A stretch of 64,000 nt of DNA from an uncultured Gemmatimonadales bacterium (GTDB taxonomy: Bacteria > Gemmatimonadota > Gemmatimonadetes > Gemmatimonadales > GWC2-71-9), in NCBI GenBank assembly GCA_963728915.1, contig CAVSLV010000001.1, forward strand, positions 768,001-832,000, given 5' to 3'. A model generated the notes under the pieces. That model searched no databases. It worked only from the letters and a program-made list of their open reading frames with translations, and was not told where the DNA came from. Both the position numbers and the translations under genes were made by a program. Below are positions 8,825-20,379 of this stretch, in pieces; position 1 is the stretch's first letter, and each line of letters opens with the position of its first letter.

Positions 8825-10248
8825 CGGCCTGGGAGACGGTGATCGGCCTCGAGGTGCATGTCCAGCTCGGAACCCGGTCCAAGATGTTCTGTGCCTGCTC
8901 GACCACCTTCGGGGATCCTCCCAACACCAACGTCTGCCCAGTCTGTCTCGGACTCCCCGGCGCGCTCCCGGTTCCCAATCGGCAGGCGGTGCGCCTCGCC
9001 ATCCGTGCCGCCCACGCGCTTGGAGGGCGGATCGCTCCGCGCAGTGTGTTCGCCCGGAAGAACTACTTCTATCCCGACCTCCCCAAGGGATACCAGATCT
9101 CCCAGTTCGAGGCCCCGTTGTCCGAAGGCGGCGAGGTAGCCGTGGAAAGCGAAACCCGCGGCGCCATCCAGGTTTCCATCGAGCGCCTCCACCTCGAGGA
9201 GGACGCCGGAAAGTCCCTCCACGATCGGATCCCCGGGAAGACTGCGGTGGACCTGAACCGCGCCGGCGTTCCGCTGGTCGAGATCGTCAGTGGGCCCGAC
9301 CTCCGCTCCCCGGCCGAGGCTCGTGCCTACCTCATCGCTCTGAAGCAGCTTCTGGTGTACACCGAGGTGAGCGAGTGCAGCATGGAGAAGGGGAGCCTCC
9401 GGGTCGATGCCAATATCTCGATTCGCCCGGAAGGCGCCTCGGCCTTGGGCACCAAGACCGAGATCAAGAACCTGAACAGCTTCGCCAACGTGGAGCGTGC
9501 CCTCGAGGCCGAGCGGGAACGACAACGGAGCCTGCTGGAGCAGGGCGGCAAGGTGGAGCAGGTAACCCTCCTGTTCAACGCCGCCACGAGCGTAGTCCGG
9601 CCCATGCGCTCCAAGGAGCAGAGTCACGATTACCGGTATTTTCCGGACCCCGACCTGCCTCCTCTCGCGCTTCCCACGGAGTGGATCGGACAGATCCGGT
9701 CCGAGCTCCCCGAGCTGCCGGGGGCCAAGCGAGCCCGGCTCGTGAGCTCGTTCGGACTTCCTCCCTACGATGCCGGCGTGCTCGCGAGCGAACGAAGCAT
9801 TGCCGATTACTTCGAGGCCGTAGTCCAGGCCGGCGCGGCCCCGAAACCTGCGGCGAACTGGATCCTTACCGAAGCAATGTCGGGATACAATGCTTCGGGA
9901 GGCTTCGCGGTTCCGCCCGCAGATCTGGCTCGACTGATCGCGATGGTGGAGCAGGGTACGGTGAGCCACCAGGCCGCGAAGAAGGTCTTGGTCGAACTCG
10001 CCGCCTCCGGCGGGCTTCCCGACGCCGTGGCCCAGCGCCTTGGCCTGGTCCAGGTGCGCGATACCTCTGCCCTCGAGACCTGGGCGGAAGAGGTCATCGC
10101 CGCGCACCCGAAAGAGGTCGAGCGGTTCCGCGCCGGAGAATCCAAGCTCCTGGGCTTCCTGACCGGTCAGGTCATGAAGAAGAGCCAGGGCAAAGCCGAC
10201 CCGAAGGGAGTCCAGCCCATTCTCGAGCGAAAGCTGAAAACCCCATGA
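8821..10248 (+). CDS. gatB: Asp/Glu-tRNA amidotransferase subunit B
   Basis: VIGLEVHVQL, CPVCLGLPG, RKNYFYPDLPKGYQISQ, DYRYFPDPDL, GQVMKKSQGKADP. Confidence 0.97.
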   Translation: MTAWETVIGLEVHVQLGTRSKMFCACSTTFGDPPNTNVCPVCLGLPGALPVPNRQAVRLAIRAAHALGGRIAPRSVFARKNYFYPDLPKGYQISQFEAPLSEGGEVAVESETRGAIQVSIERLHLEEDAGKSLHDRIPGKTAVDLNRAGVPLVEIVSGPDLRSPAEARAYLIALKQLLVYTEVSECSMEKGSLRVDANISIRPEGASALGTKTEIKNLNSFANVERALEAERERQRSLLEQGGKVEQVTLLFNAATSVVRPMRSKEQSHDYRYFPDPDLPPLALPTEWIGQIRSELPELPGAKRARLVSSFGLPPYDAGVLASERSIADYFEAVVQAGAAPKPAANWILTEAMSGYNASGGFAVPPADLARLIAMVEQGTVSHQAAKKVLVELAASGGLPDAVAQRLGLVQVRDTSALETWAEEVIAAHPKEVERFRAGESKLLGFLTGQVMKKSQGKADPKGVQPILERKLKTP

Positions 10249-11495
10249 CCCAGACGGTGAACAGCGCACCGGGCAGAGTCGCGACCGTGGAAGCCATCCG
10301 TGCCAGGTTCCCGGCCTTGAGCCGGGTCGAGCGTGGCGTGCCGGTCGCCTACTTCGACGGGCCCGGCGGGACCCAGGTCCCGGAACCGGTCGTCGATGCG
10401 ATGGCCGATTACCTCTACCGCCACAATGCGAACACCCATTGGGCCTATCCCTCGAGCGAAGAAACCGACGCAATGATCGAGGCGGCCCGCCAGGGGTTCG
10501 CGGATTTCTTTCACGCCCGACCCACCGAGATCGCCTTCGGGCTCAATATGACCACGCTGACCTTCCACCTCGCCCGGGCCCTCGGGAGAACCTGGGAGGC
10601 CGGTGATGAAGTGGTGCTCACCGAGCTCGAGCATCACGCCAACGTGGCGCCCTGGCAGGCCCTGGTCCGGGAGCGCGGCATCGTGCTCCGGATGCTGCCG
10701 CTCCGGCTCGAGGATGGCACGGTGGAGCTGGGCGATCTCCCCCGGGTGCTGGGACCCCGGACCCGGTTGCTCGCGATCAGCGCCGCCTCGAACAGCCTCG
10801 GGACGATCCTGGATGTGGCGGCGGCGTGCGGGATGGCGCGGCAGGCGGGGGTGCTCACCTTCGTGGATGCGGTCCACGCGGCGCCGCATCTCCTGCTCGA
10901 CGTGCGGGCGATCGGCTGTGATTTCCTCGCCTGTTCGGCCTACAAATTCTACGGACCCCACCTCGGAATTCTCTATGGCCGGGAGGAGCTCCTCACCGCT
11001 CTCGACGTCCCCAAGGTGGCCCCTGCGCCGGATACCGCGCCCGAGCGCCTGGAGACCGGGACCCAGAACCACGAGGGAATCGCCGGGGCCCTCGCCGCGG
11101 TCGATTTCCTCGCCGGGTTAGGGCAGGGACCGACCCGGCGGGCCCGGCTCGCCGCGGTCTATTCGGAGCTCCACCAGCGGAGTGCTGCGCTGTTCCGGAA
11201 TCTGTGGGAGTCCCTCGCGGGCATGAGCCGGGTCCGGCTCTATGGGCCCGGCCTCGACGCGCCCCGAACCCCGACCCTCGGCTTCACCCTGAACGGGGTA
11301 AGCCCCGAAGCAGCCGCCCGCCGCCTGGCGGAACGGGGGTTGTTTCTGAGTCACGGGGATTTCTACGCCCAGACCGTGGTGGAACGCCTGGGCCTCATGC
11401 CCGGCGGGCTGATCCGGGCGGGTTGCGCGTGTTATACCACCGAAGGGGAAATCGAGCGACTCATCACCGCGGTCAGCGCGATCGCCCCGCGCTGA
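10245..11495 (+). CDS. Cysteine desulfurase-like class V PLP aminotransferase
   Basis: YFDGPGGTQVP, EHHANV, VDAVH, SAYKFYGPH (PLP Lys), ETGT. Confidence 0.85.
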   Translation: MTQTVNSAPGRVATVEAIRARFPALSRVERGVPVAYFDGPGGTQVPEPVVDAMADYLYRHNANTHWAYPSSEETDAMIEAARQGFADFFHARPTEIAFGLNMTTLTFHLARALGRTWEAGDEVVLTELEHHANVAPWQALVRERGIVLRMLPLRLEDGTVELGDLPRVLGPRTRLLAISAASNSLGTILDVAAACGMARQAGVLTFVDAVHAAPHLLLDVRAIGCDFLACSAYKFYGPHLGILYGREELLTALDVPKVAPAPDTAPERLETGTQNHEGIAGALAAVDFLAGLGQGPTRRARLAAVYSELHQRSAALFRNLWESLAGMSRVRLYGPGLDAPRTPTLGFTLNGVSPEAAARRLAERGLFLSHGDFYAQTVVERLGLMPGGLIRAGCACYTTEGEIERLITAVSAIAPR

Positions 11496-11500
11496 TCCGG

Positions 11501-12496
11501 CTACTCGCCCGCCAGCGTCACCAGCGGACCACTGGCCGGCGCGTGCTGAACCCCGTTCCGCTGGTCCCAGGGACGCCGAAGCACCGACTGGGTCCACGCC
11601 CCGCCAGACTCCGGCCGCACGCCGAAGCGGCTTTCGGCCAGCTCGAGCAGCCGTGACGGCGAGCCCAGCGTCCCCAGTCCGAGCTCCTTGCGACGGAGCC
11701 GCTTGGCGGCGCGAAGGGCCTGGGCTCCGCTCGGGTCCAGCATGATCGATCGCACGCTGGAGAGATCACCCTCACTCGCCGCCAGGACCTCGATCGTCGC
11801 GTCGTACGCCACCCGCAGGTGACGCTCGATGTCCTGCTCGTTGAGGAGCCAGCGACTCCGATCGACCGCCGCCTGCATCGCCCGCTGAAAACTCCTGCTG
11901 TGCGAGAGCCGGACCATCCCGTGAAAGATCCGCCGGTTGGTCTTGATGCTGAAGATCGTGGGAGAGATGATCTGCTCCAGGTGCCGGTTGGCGGCGCGCT
12001 GGTCGAGCTGAATGAGCTCCCTCGCCTTGCGAACCCAGTGCGCCGCCCCGAGCTGGGACTCCACCCGCGCTTCCCAGTAGGTGTGCCCCATGGATTTGGT
12101 CGTGGGGGTAAGCAGGAGCTGTCGGGGTACGAAATAGTTGTGGGCGGTGGTGTCCGCGGCCAGGTGGGACAGATACCCCAGGCCGAAGGCTCGCAAGGCA
12201 TCGGTGCGAGCCAGGTCGTAGGTCTCCCGACCCACGGTCCAGGAATGGGAGTGCCGCCCCGGAGGAACGTATTTCTTCGCGATCGAAGTATCGGGCGCGA
12301 TCGTGCCGTAGAGGAAATCGAACGGGAACGCCTGGAGCAGGGCCGCGACCGCCGGCGGGAGAAGCTGGAGATTGGCGAGGACCGACTCGCCCAGGTAGAT
12401 ATGGGTCCCGGGTGTCCATGCATGGGCCGCGCCCGGAACCAGCACTCCACAGAGAACCAGCAGGGCCAGGACCCCTGCCGCACGCTTCCAGATCAT
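11501..12496 (-). CDS. Zinc-dependent phospholipase C family protein
   Basis: Signal peptide then AWTPGTH, FLYGTIAPD, GYLSHLAAD..AHN, GHTYWE zinc-ligand pattern. Confidence 0.8.
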   Translation of the reverse strand: MIWKRAAGVLALLVLCGVLVPGAAHAWTPGTHIYLGESVLANLQLLPPAVAALLQAFPFDFLYGTIAPDTSIAKKYVPPGRHSHSWTVGRETYDLARTDALRAFGLGYLSHLAADTTAHNYFVPRQLLLTPTTKSMGHTYWEARVESQLGAAHWVRKARELIQLDQRAANRHLEQIISPTIFSIKTNRRIFHGMVRLSHSRSFQRAMQAAVDRSRWLLNEQDIERHLRVAYDATIEVLAASEGDLSSVRSIMLDPSGAQALRAAKRLRRKELGLGTLGSPSRLLELAESRFGVRPESGGAWTQSVLRRPWDQRNGVQHAPASGPLVTLAGE

Positions 12497-12933
12497 CGCC
12501 TGCCGCGTACCATCCACCGCTTCAGGCGACCGACCACGGAAGCTCCCTGGCGCACAGCCCGGACCCGGGCCGCCACGTCGAGCGCGGTCTCTTCGACCTC
12601 GTCGTGCACGACTTCATAGAGGGCATCGAGCTCGGCCAGCCGGGTTTTGACCCGGCGCACCCCCCGCTCCAGATCGTGCCGGATGGTGCGGCTCGTGGCG
12701 AGGTAGGCCTGGGCTTCGCCACTCGCCGTCTCGGTCACCCGGCGCACCGCCTCGATCACCCGGTTGAAATCGCGTCCGATCGATTCCATCCGACGATCCA
12801 GCGCGGCGAGCCGGCGCCGGGCCGAGAACGCGCTCAGGACGCTGACCAGACCGATCGCCGCGAAGGACAGGGCAATGACGATCAGGGAAAGCGCGATCGT
12901 CGGCCCGATCCATCCGGGGAGGGATCCGTTCAT
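12493..12933 (-). CDS. Hypothetical membrane protein with coiled coil (DUF948-like)
   Basis: N-terminal TM helix and amphipathic helices; 3' part of track ORF 12493..14538 with ATG at 12933. Confidence 0.65.
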   Translation of the reverse strand: MNGSLPGWIGPTIALSLIVIALSFAAIGLVSVLSAFSARRRLAALDRRMESIGRDFNRVIEAVRRVTETASGEAQAYLATSRTIRHDLERGVRRVKTRLAELDALYEVVHDEVEETALDVAARVRAVRQGASVVGRLKRWMVRGRR

Positions 12934-12993
12934 GGTCCCAAGATAACCCGTCGCGCTTGACGGGCCGACGCGAAACGGGTGAGGTTTTCCGTC

Positions 12994-14277
12994 ATGCCAA
13001 AACGATTCCAGGTGCAGGGCGGGCAGCCGGTCGGCGGGACCATCCGGCCGGCCGGCAACAAGAACGCCGCCCTCCCCATACTCGCGGCCACCTTGCTGGC
13101 CGACGGACCGGTGACGCTGGACAATGTCCCCAGAATCGGTGACGTCGAGTCCATGGTCGCGCTCCTGATGCACCTCGGCGCCACCGCCACCTGGAACGGC
13201 CCCAATCGCCTCGAGGTCGACACCAGACCTGCAACCGGGCAGACCCTCGATCCCGGGCTCTGCGCCAGGATTCGGGCTTCGATCCTGCTGGCCGCGCCGA
13301 TGGTCGCCCGGTTCGGACGGGTCCAGCTCCCTCCCCCGGGTGGGGACGTCATCGGCCGGCGCCGGATCGATACCCATGTCCTCGCGTTGGAGGCGCTCGG
13401 AGCGTCCGTGCTGGTGGGGCCCTCCTACGAGATCGAAGGCCGGAAGCTCCACGCCGCCGACATCTTCCTCGATGAGCCCAGCGTGACCGGAACCGAAAAC
13501 GCCCTGATGGCCGCCGTAGCCGCCAAAGGCACCTCGGTTCTCCGCAATGCCGCGATGGAACCCCACGTCCAGGACCTTGCCCGGTTCCTCGTCGCCATGG
13601 GGGCCGGCATCGAGGGGATCGGCAGCAACCAGTATGTGATCGAAGGAGGGAAACCCCTGCACGGCGGGCAGTTCGAGATCGGACCCGATCATATCGAGAT
13701 CGCGAGCCTGATCGGCCTCGCCGCGGTGACCAACGGCGCATTGACGATCGAGCCGGTCCGGCCCGACGATCTCCGCAATGTCCTGATGGGATTCGAGCGC
13801 CTCGGCGTGCGGCCCCGCCTGAGCGGCGATCGCCTGATCGTGGATCGCAACCAGGAGCGCAGGATCCGCCCGGACTTGGGCGGCCACATCCCCAAGCTCG
13901 AGGACGGGCCCTGGCCCGCATTCCCCGCCGATGTCATGTCCATCGCCCTGGTCACCGCGACCCAGTGCGAGGGCATTCTCCTCGTCTTCGAGAAGATGTT
14001 CGAGTCGCGATTGTTCTTCGTCGACAAACTCATCGGCATGGGCGCCCGCATCGTGCTCTGCGATCCTCACCGGGCGGTGATCGCCGGCCCATCGCAGCTG
14101 CGGGGAGGGGTGGTGGAATCGCCGGATATCCGCGCCGGAATGGCGATTCTCCTTGCCGCCTGCGCCGCCGAGGGGACCAGCGTGATCCACAACATCGGGC
14201 AGATCGAGCGGGGGTACGAGCAGATTCACAGCCGTCTCCGGGGATTGGGCGCTCTGATCGACCGGCTCGATGACTGA
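12994..14277 (+). CDS. murA: UDP-N-acetylglucosamine 1-carboxyvinyltransferase
   Basis: GNKNAALP, RASIL, PGGDVIGRR (Asp at the Cys115 position, fosfomycin-insensitive type), DIRAG, IERGYE. Confidence 0.95.
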   Translation: MPKRFQVQGGQPVGGTIRPAGNKNAALPILAATLLADGPVTLDNVPRIGDVESMVALLMHLGATATWNGPNRLEVDTRPATGQTLDPGLCARIRASILLAAPMVARFGRVQLPPPGGDVIGRRRIDTHVLALEALGASVLVGPSYEIEGRKLHAADIFLDEPSVTGTENALMAAVAAKGTSVLRNAAMEPHVQDLARFLVAMGAGIEGIGSNQYVIEGGKPLHGGQFEIGPDHIEIASLIGLAAVTNGALTIEPVRPDDLRNVLMGFERLGVRPRLSGDRLIVDRNQERRIRPDLGGHIPKLEDGPWPAFPADVMSIALVTATQCEGILLVFEKMFESRLFFVDKLIGMGARIVLCDPHRAVIAGPSQLRGGVVESPDIRAGMAILLAACAAEGTSVIHNIGQIERGYEQIHSRLRGLGALIDRLDD

Positions 14278-15010
14278 GGAACCGGTCGCCGGACCGGTTC
14301 CCCGTTTCGAGATCGCAGAATGGGAGCGCCTTGGCGTGGTGGCGGGTATCACCGGACGGGGACGTGCTGACACCCCCTTCGATCTTGGCCTCGGTGGCGC
14401 CACCACCCCCGTCGGTGCGGTGATGGAGAACTGGCGCTCCCTGATTGGCGCCCTGGCTCCCTTCCGCGCCATGACGATCTCGCGCCAGGTCCACGGAACC
14501 GAGGTGAGATGGCAGGTCCCCTCCGACGGCCTGGTCATTCAGGAAGGCGCGGACGGGCACGCGACGGACCGCACCGGAGTCCTTCTGGCCGTAACGGTCG
14601 CCGATTGCGTCCCTGTCTATCTGGTCGACCCCGAGGGACGGCAGGCCGCCTTGCTTCACGCGGGATGGCGGGGCACCTCGGCCGGTATCCTTCAGGAAGG
14701 AATCCGAATACTCTGTGCTCGTGGATCTTCTGTGGATAAATTGTTAATGCATTGTGGAGTAGGGATTTGCGGGCAGTGCTATGAAGTTGGGTCGGAGGTC
14801 TTTGCCGCCTGCGGAGTTGCGGCCCCTCCAAATGGTCGCGGGAAGATCGACATCCGGGATATCCTCCTCCGTCAAGCGCGCGCGCTTGGGGTTTCCCACG
14901 TCTCCAGCAGTACTTGGTGTTCGGCCCACGATGCCGGGCTGTTCTTCAGCCATAGGGGTTCGGGTGGTGCTGATGGTCGAATGGTTGGGTACCTTGGATT
15001 CAGGGCCTAG
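14270..15010 (+). CDS. pgeF: YfiH/PgeF family protein
   Basis: RQVHG, VADCVPV, HAGWRG, CYEVG and FFSHR motifs. Confidence 0.9.
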   Translation: MTEEPVAGPVPRFEIAEWERLGVVAGITGRGRADTPFDLGLGGATTPVGAVMENWRSLIGALAPFRAMTISRQVHGTEVRWQVPSDGLVIQEGADGHATDRTGVLLAVTVADCVPVYLVDPEGRQAALLHAGWRGTSAGILQEGIRILCARGSSVDKLLMHCGVGICGQCYEVGSEVFAACGVAAPPNGRGKIDIRDILLRQARALGVSHVSSSTWCSAHDAGLFFSHRGSGGADGRMVGYLGFRA

Positions 15011-15028
15011 ATTCGAATCGAGGATGCG

Positions 15029-15397
15029 ATGCGAGCAAAGAGATGGGTGGTCATAGCGGGTGGGTTGGTCATCGGGGGCTGCACCGCGAGCCTGGACCTC
15101 CCCCCGGATACCAATCCCCCGGTTGTGGCATTCTCCACTCCCGGCAATGGAGCCACCGTGAGCGGTGTGGTCGGGATCAAGGTCGAGGCCGCCGACGACT
15201 ACTCGGTCGAGCGCGTCCGGGTGTACATCGACGGAAATCTCCAGGGCACGTTCTACCTCCAGCCGTATTACGTGCAGTGGAATGTGACTTCGCTCCAGAC
15301 CGGGACGAGCCACACCCTGCGCGCCGAGGCGATCGACCCGTCAGGAAATACCGGGACCGCCGAGATCACCGTGACCGTGCAAGGGGGCCCGAGCTAG
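15029..15397 (+). CDS. Ig-like domain lipoprotein
   Basis: Lipobox IGGC; PPVVAFSTPGNGATVSG...HTLRAEAIDPSGN bacterial Ig pattern. Confidence 0.75.
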   Translation: MRAKRWVVIAGGLVIGGCTASLDLPPDTNPPVVAFSTPGNGATVSGVVGIKVEAADDYSVERVRVYIDGNLQGTFYLQPYYVQWNVTSLQTGTSHTLRAEAIDPSGNTGTAEITVTVQGGPS

Positions 15398-15408
15398 GAA
15401 AGCGAGGT

Positions 15409-15437
15409 TTGACTCTCCCCCCGCGCCGGGGTAGCTT
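15409..15437 (+). promoter_or_regulatory. Sigma70-type promoter of the nusA-infB operon
   Basis: TTGACT-17 nt-TAGCTT. Confidence 0.7.
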
Positions 15438-15485
15438 TTCAGGCTTGGAGCGGGGGTGGGGAAGGAGCGGTCCGCGGGACTCGTG

Positions 15486-15515
15486 ATGTGGGGTGCTCCC
15501 CCACATTTTTGTTTT
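15486..15515 (+). terminator. Leader terminator/attenuator upstream of nusA (rimP-leader-like)
   Basis: ATGTGGGG-TGCTC-CCCCACAT hairpin followed by TTTTGTTTT, between the promoter and nusA. Confidence 0.7.
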
Positions 15516-15576
15516 CGGCCCCTGCCATCCGCGCATCCGCGCGAGCAAGAAAACACCCCAGGAGCAGGCGACGCAC

Positions 15577-16914
15577 ATGGCTGGTTCCGCAGAAATGTTG
15601 GCCGCTTTTCGCGAGCTGACCACCACCAAACAACTGGACCGGGGAGACCTGCTCGAGCTGCTGCGTGACGGGATTCACGCCGCCTTGGCGCGGAAGTTCG
15701 GCCCCAACGTCCGGTTCGACCTCGATGTCGACGAGCTTCAGGGCAATGTGCGGGTCATGCGGCTTCGAACGGTCGTAGAGCTGGTCGAGGATCCCAGCGC
15801 TCAGGTCTCCCTGGAGGAAGCCCGGTTCGAAGATCCGGATTTCGAAGTGGGCGATGTCCTCGAAGAAGAAATCCCCTTCACGGAATTCGGGCGGTTGGCC
15901 GTACAAGCGGCCAAGCAACGCATCATCCAGCGGGTCCGGGAAGGCGAGCGGAGCAAGATCCGGGAGGAGTTCGGCGATAAGGTGGGCGAGCTGCTCTCCG
16001 GTGAAGTGCAGCAGATCGAGCGGGGGAAGCTGGTCCTGATGCTCAACAAGTTCCGCGAGGCCGAAGCCATCATCCCCTATCGGGAGCAGAACCACCGGGA
16101 GCACTTCCACCAGGGCGACACCATTCGGGCGGTCCTGAAGAAGCTGGAAGAGACCCCCAAGGGACCCCGGCTGGTGCTTTCACGGGGCGATCCCCTGTTC
16201 GTGGCGGCCCTGTTCCGGCTCGAGGTTCCCGAGATCGCCCAGAACGTCGTGGAAATCCGTGCCATCGCGCGTGAGGTGGGAAGTCGCACCAAAGTGGCCG
16301 TCATTTCCAAGGACGACGCGATCGATCCCGTCGGCGCCTGCGTCGGCCTCAAGGGCTCGAGGGTACAGGCGGTGGTGAACGAGCTGGGGGGGGAACGAAT
16401 CGATATCGTGCCCTGGTCTCCGGATCCCGAGCGGTTTGCCCGGCTCGCCCTGGCCCCGGCCCGGGTTGCCAAGGTCTTTTCGGACCCGGAGAGCAAGACC
16501 ATTCAGGCGGTGGTGGACGAGGATCAGCTTTCCCTCGCCATCGGGAGAAACGGCCAGAATGTCCGGCTGGCGTCCGAGCTGACCGGGTGGAAAATCGATC
16601 TGTATTCGAGCCGGGAATGGCTTGAGCGGGGAGGCGAGGGCCCCTTGTTCGCGCTCGCGCCGCTTCCGGAAGAGGAAGCGGTCGCGCAGGTCAAGCTCAC
16701 CGAGCTCAAGGGACTCTCGCCCGAGCTGCTCGGCATTCTCGAGTCGGCCGGCTTCAAGACCCTGAACGACATCCTCGATCTGGAGCGCGAGGATATCGAC
16801 AAGATGCCGGGAATGGTTCCGACCGCGGCCGACGAGCTGATGGCTTTCCTGTCGGACCTCACCGCGGAGGAGCCTGGCGCCAGCGGAGGGGAGGCACAAG
16901 CACCTCAAGCATGA
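15577..16914 (+). CDS. nusA: Transcription termination/antitermination factor NusA
   Basis: FGRLAVQAAKQRIIQRVRE, IDPVGACVGLKGSRV, LSLAIGRNGQNVRLAS; AGGAG upstream of ATG 15577. Confidence 0.97.
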   Translation: MAGSAEMLAAFRELTTTKQLDRGDLLELLRDGIHAALARKFGPNVRFDLDVDELQGNVRVMRLRTVVELVEDPSAQVSLEEARFEDPDFEVGDVLEEEIPFTEFGRLAVQAAKQRIIQRVREGERSKIREEFGDKVGELLSGEVQQIERGKLVLMLNKFREAEAIIPYREQNHREHFHQGDTIRAVLKKLEETPKGPRLVLSRGDPLFVAALFRLEVPEIAQNVVEIRAIAREVGSRTKVAVISKDDAIDPVGACVGLKGSRVQAVVNELGGERIDIVPWSPDPERFARLALAPARVAKVFSDPESKTIQAVVDEDQLSLAIGRNGQNVRLASELTGWKIDLYSSREWLERGGEGPLFALAPLPEEEAVAQVKLTELKGLSPELLGILESAGFKTLNDILDLEREDIDKMPGMVPTAADELMAFLSDLTAEEPGASGGEAQAPQA

Positions 16915-17219
16915 GTGGCGTGCTGGGGTATCTCGGTCTCGGTATCCGGGCCGGGAGCGTCGTAGTTGGAGTGGACGCGGTCCGCCGGTCCCTGCAGGCG
17001 CGGGAAATCCGGTGCATCGTCGTCGCGCGGGATATCAGTCAGCGAGCTCGGGAGAAGGTGGTTCGGCTCGCGACCTCCCTGGGGATCCCCCAGGTGGAGG
17101 GCCCCCGGGCGGAGGTTCTGGGCGCGGGGCTCGGCAAACCGCCGGTCATGGTGGCTGGCGTTCGCGACCCGGCCCTCGCGGAGGGAATTCTGAAAGCAGG
17201 TGCTGCCGGTGCAGCGTAG
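16911..17219 (+). CDS. L7Ae/YlxQ-family RNA-binding protein
   Basis: LGYLGLGIRAGSVVVG...LGAGLGKP; position between nusA and infB. Confidence 0.85.
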   Translation: MSGVLGYLGLGIRAGSVVVGVDAVRRSLQAREIRCIVVARDISQRAREKVVRLATSLGIPQVEGPRAEVLGAGLGKPPVMVAGVRDPALAEGILKAGAAGAA

Positions 17220-17231
17220 ATGGAGGATTGA

Positions 17232-19982
<2,751 letters not shown>

Positions 19983-19991
19983 GCCGGTCCG

Positions 19992-20378
19992 GTGGCCCGA
20001 AACGCCGGGAGGTCGGGCGGCCCGCGCCGCCGGCCCGAGCAGGTGGGCGAGGTGGTGCGACAGGTCATCGCCGAAGCCCTGAGCCGCGACGTGCGGGATC
20101 CCCGCATCGGACTGGTCACCCTCACCAGGGTGGAGACCAGCGGCGATCTCTCCCATGCGAAAGTGTTTGTGGCCTTTCCCGCCGGCGCACCGGAAGCCGA
20201 GCAGGAACGCGCGCTAGCCGGGTTACGGAGTGCGTCCGGGTTTCTCCGCAGCCGGGTGGCCCGCGCCCTCCCGACCCGGGTGACCCCCGAGCTCCATTTC
20301 GAGATGGATCGCGGGGCCGAACACGCGGCCCGGATCAACGCTCTCCTCGCGGAGCTGCGGCCCGAGTCGGAGGATTGA
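19992..20378 (+). CDS. rbfA: Ribosome-binding factor A
   Basis: RDPRIGLVTLTRV..DLSHAKVF...PELHF. Confidence 0.93.
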   Translation: MARNAGRSGGPRRRPEQVGEVVRQVIAEALSRDVRDPRIGLVTLTRVETSGDLSHAKVFVAFPAGAPEAEQERALAGLRSASGFLRSRVARALPTRVTPELHFEMDRGAEHAARINALLAELRPESED

Positions 20379-20379
20379 G

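Noticed and set aside
8206..10244. Apparent N-terminal extensions of gatB (680 aa), the desulfurase-like ORF (922 aa) and the Ehr large subunit (838 aa)
   Set aside because: The extensions overlap upstream genes out of frame; the true starts are at ATGA overlaps.
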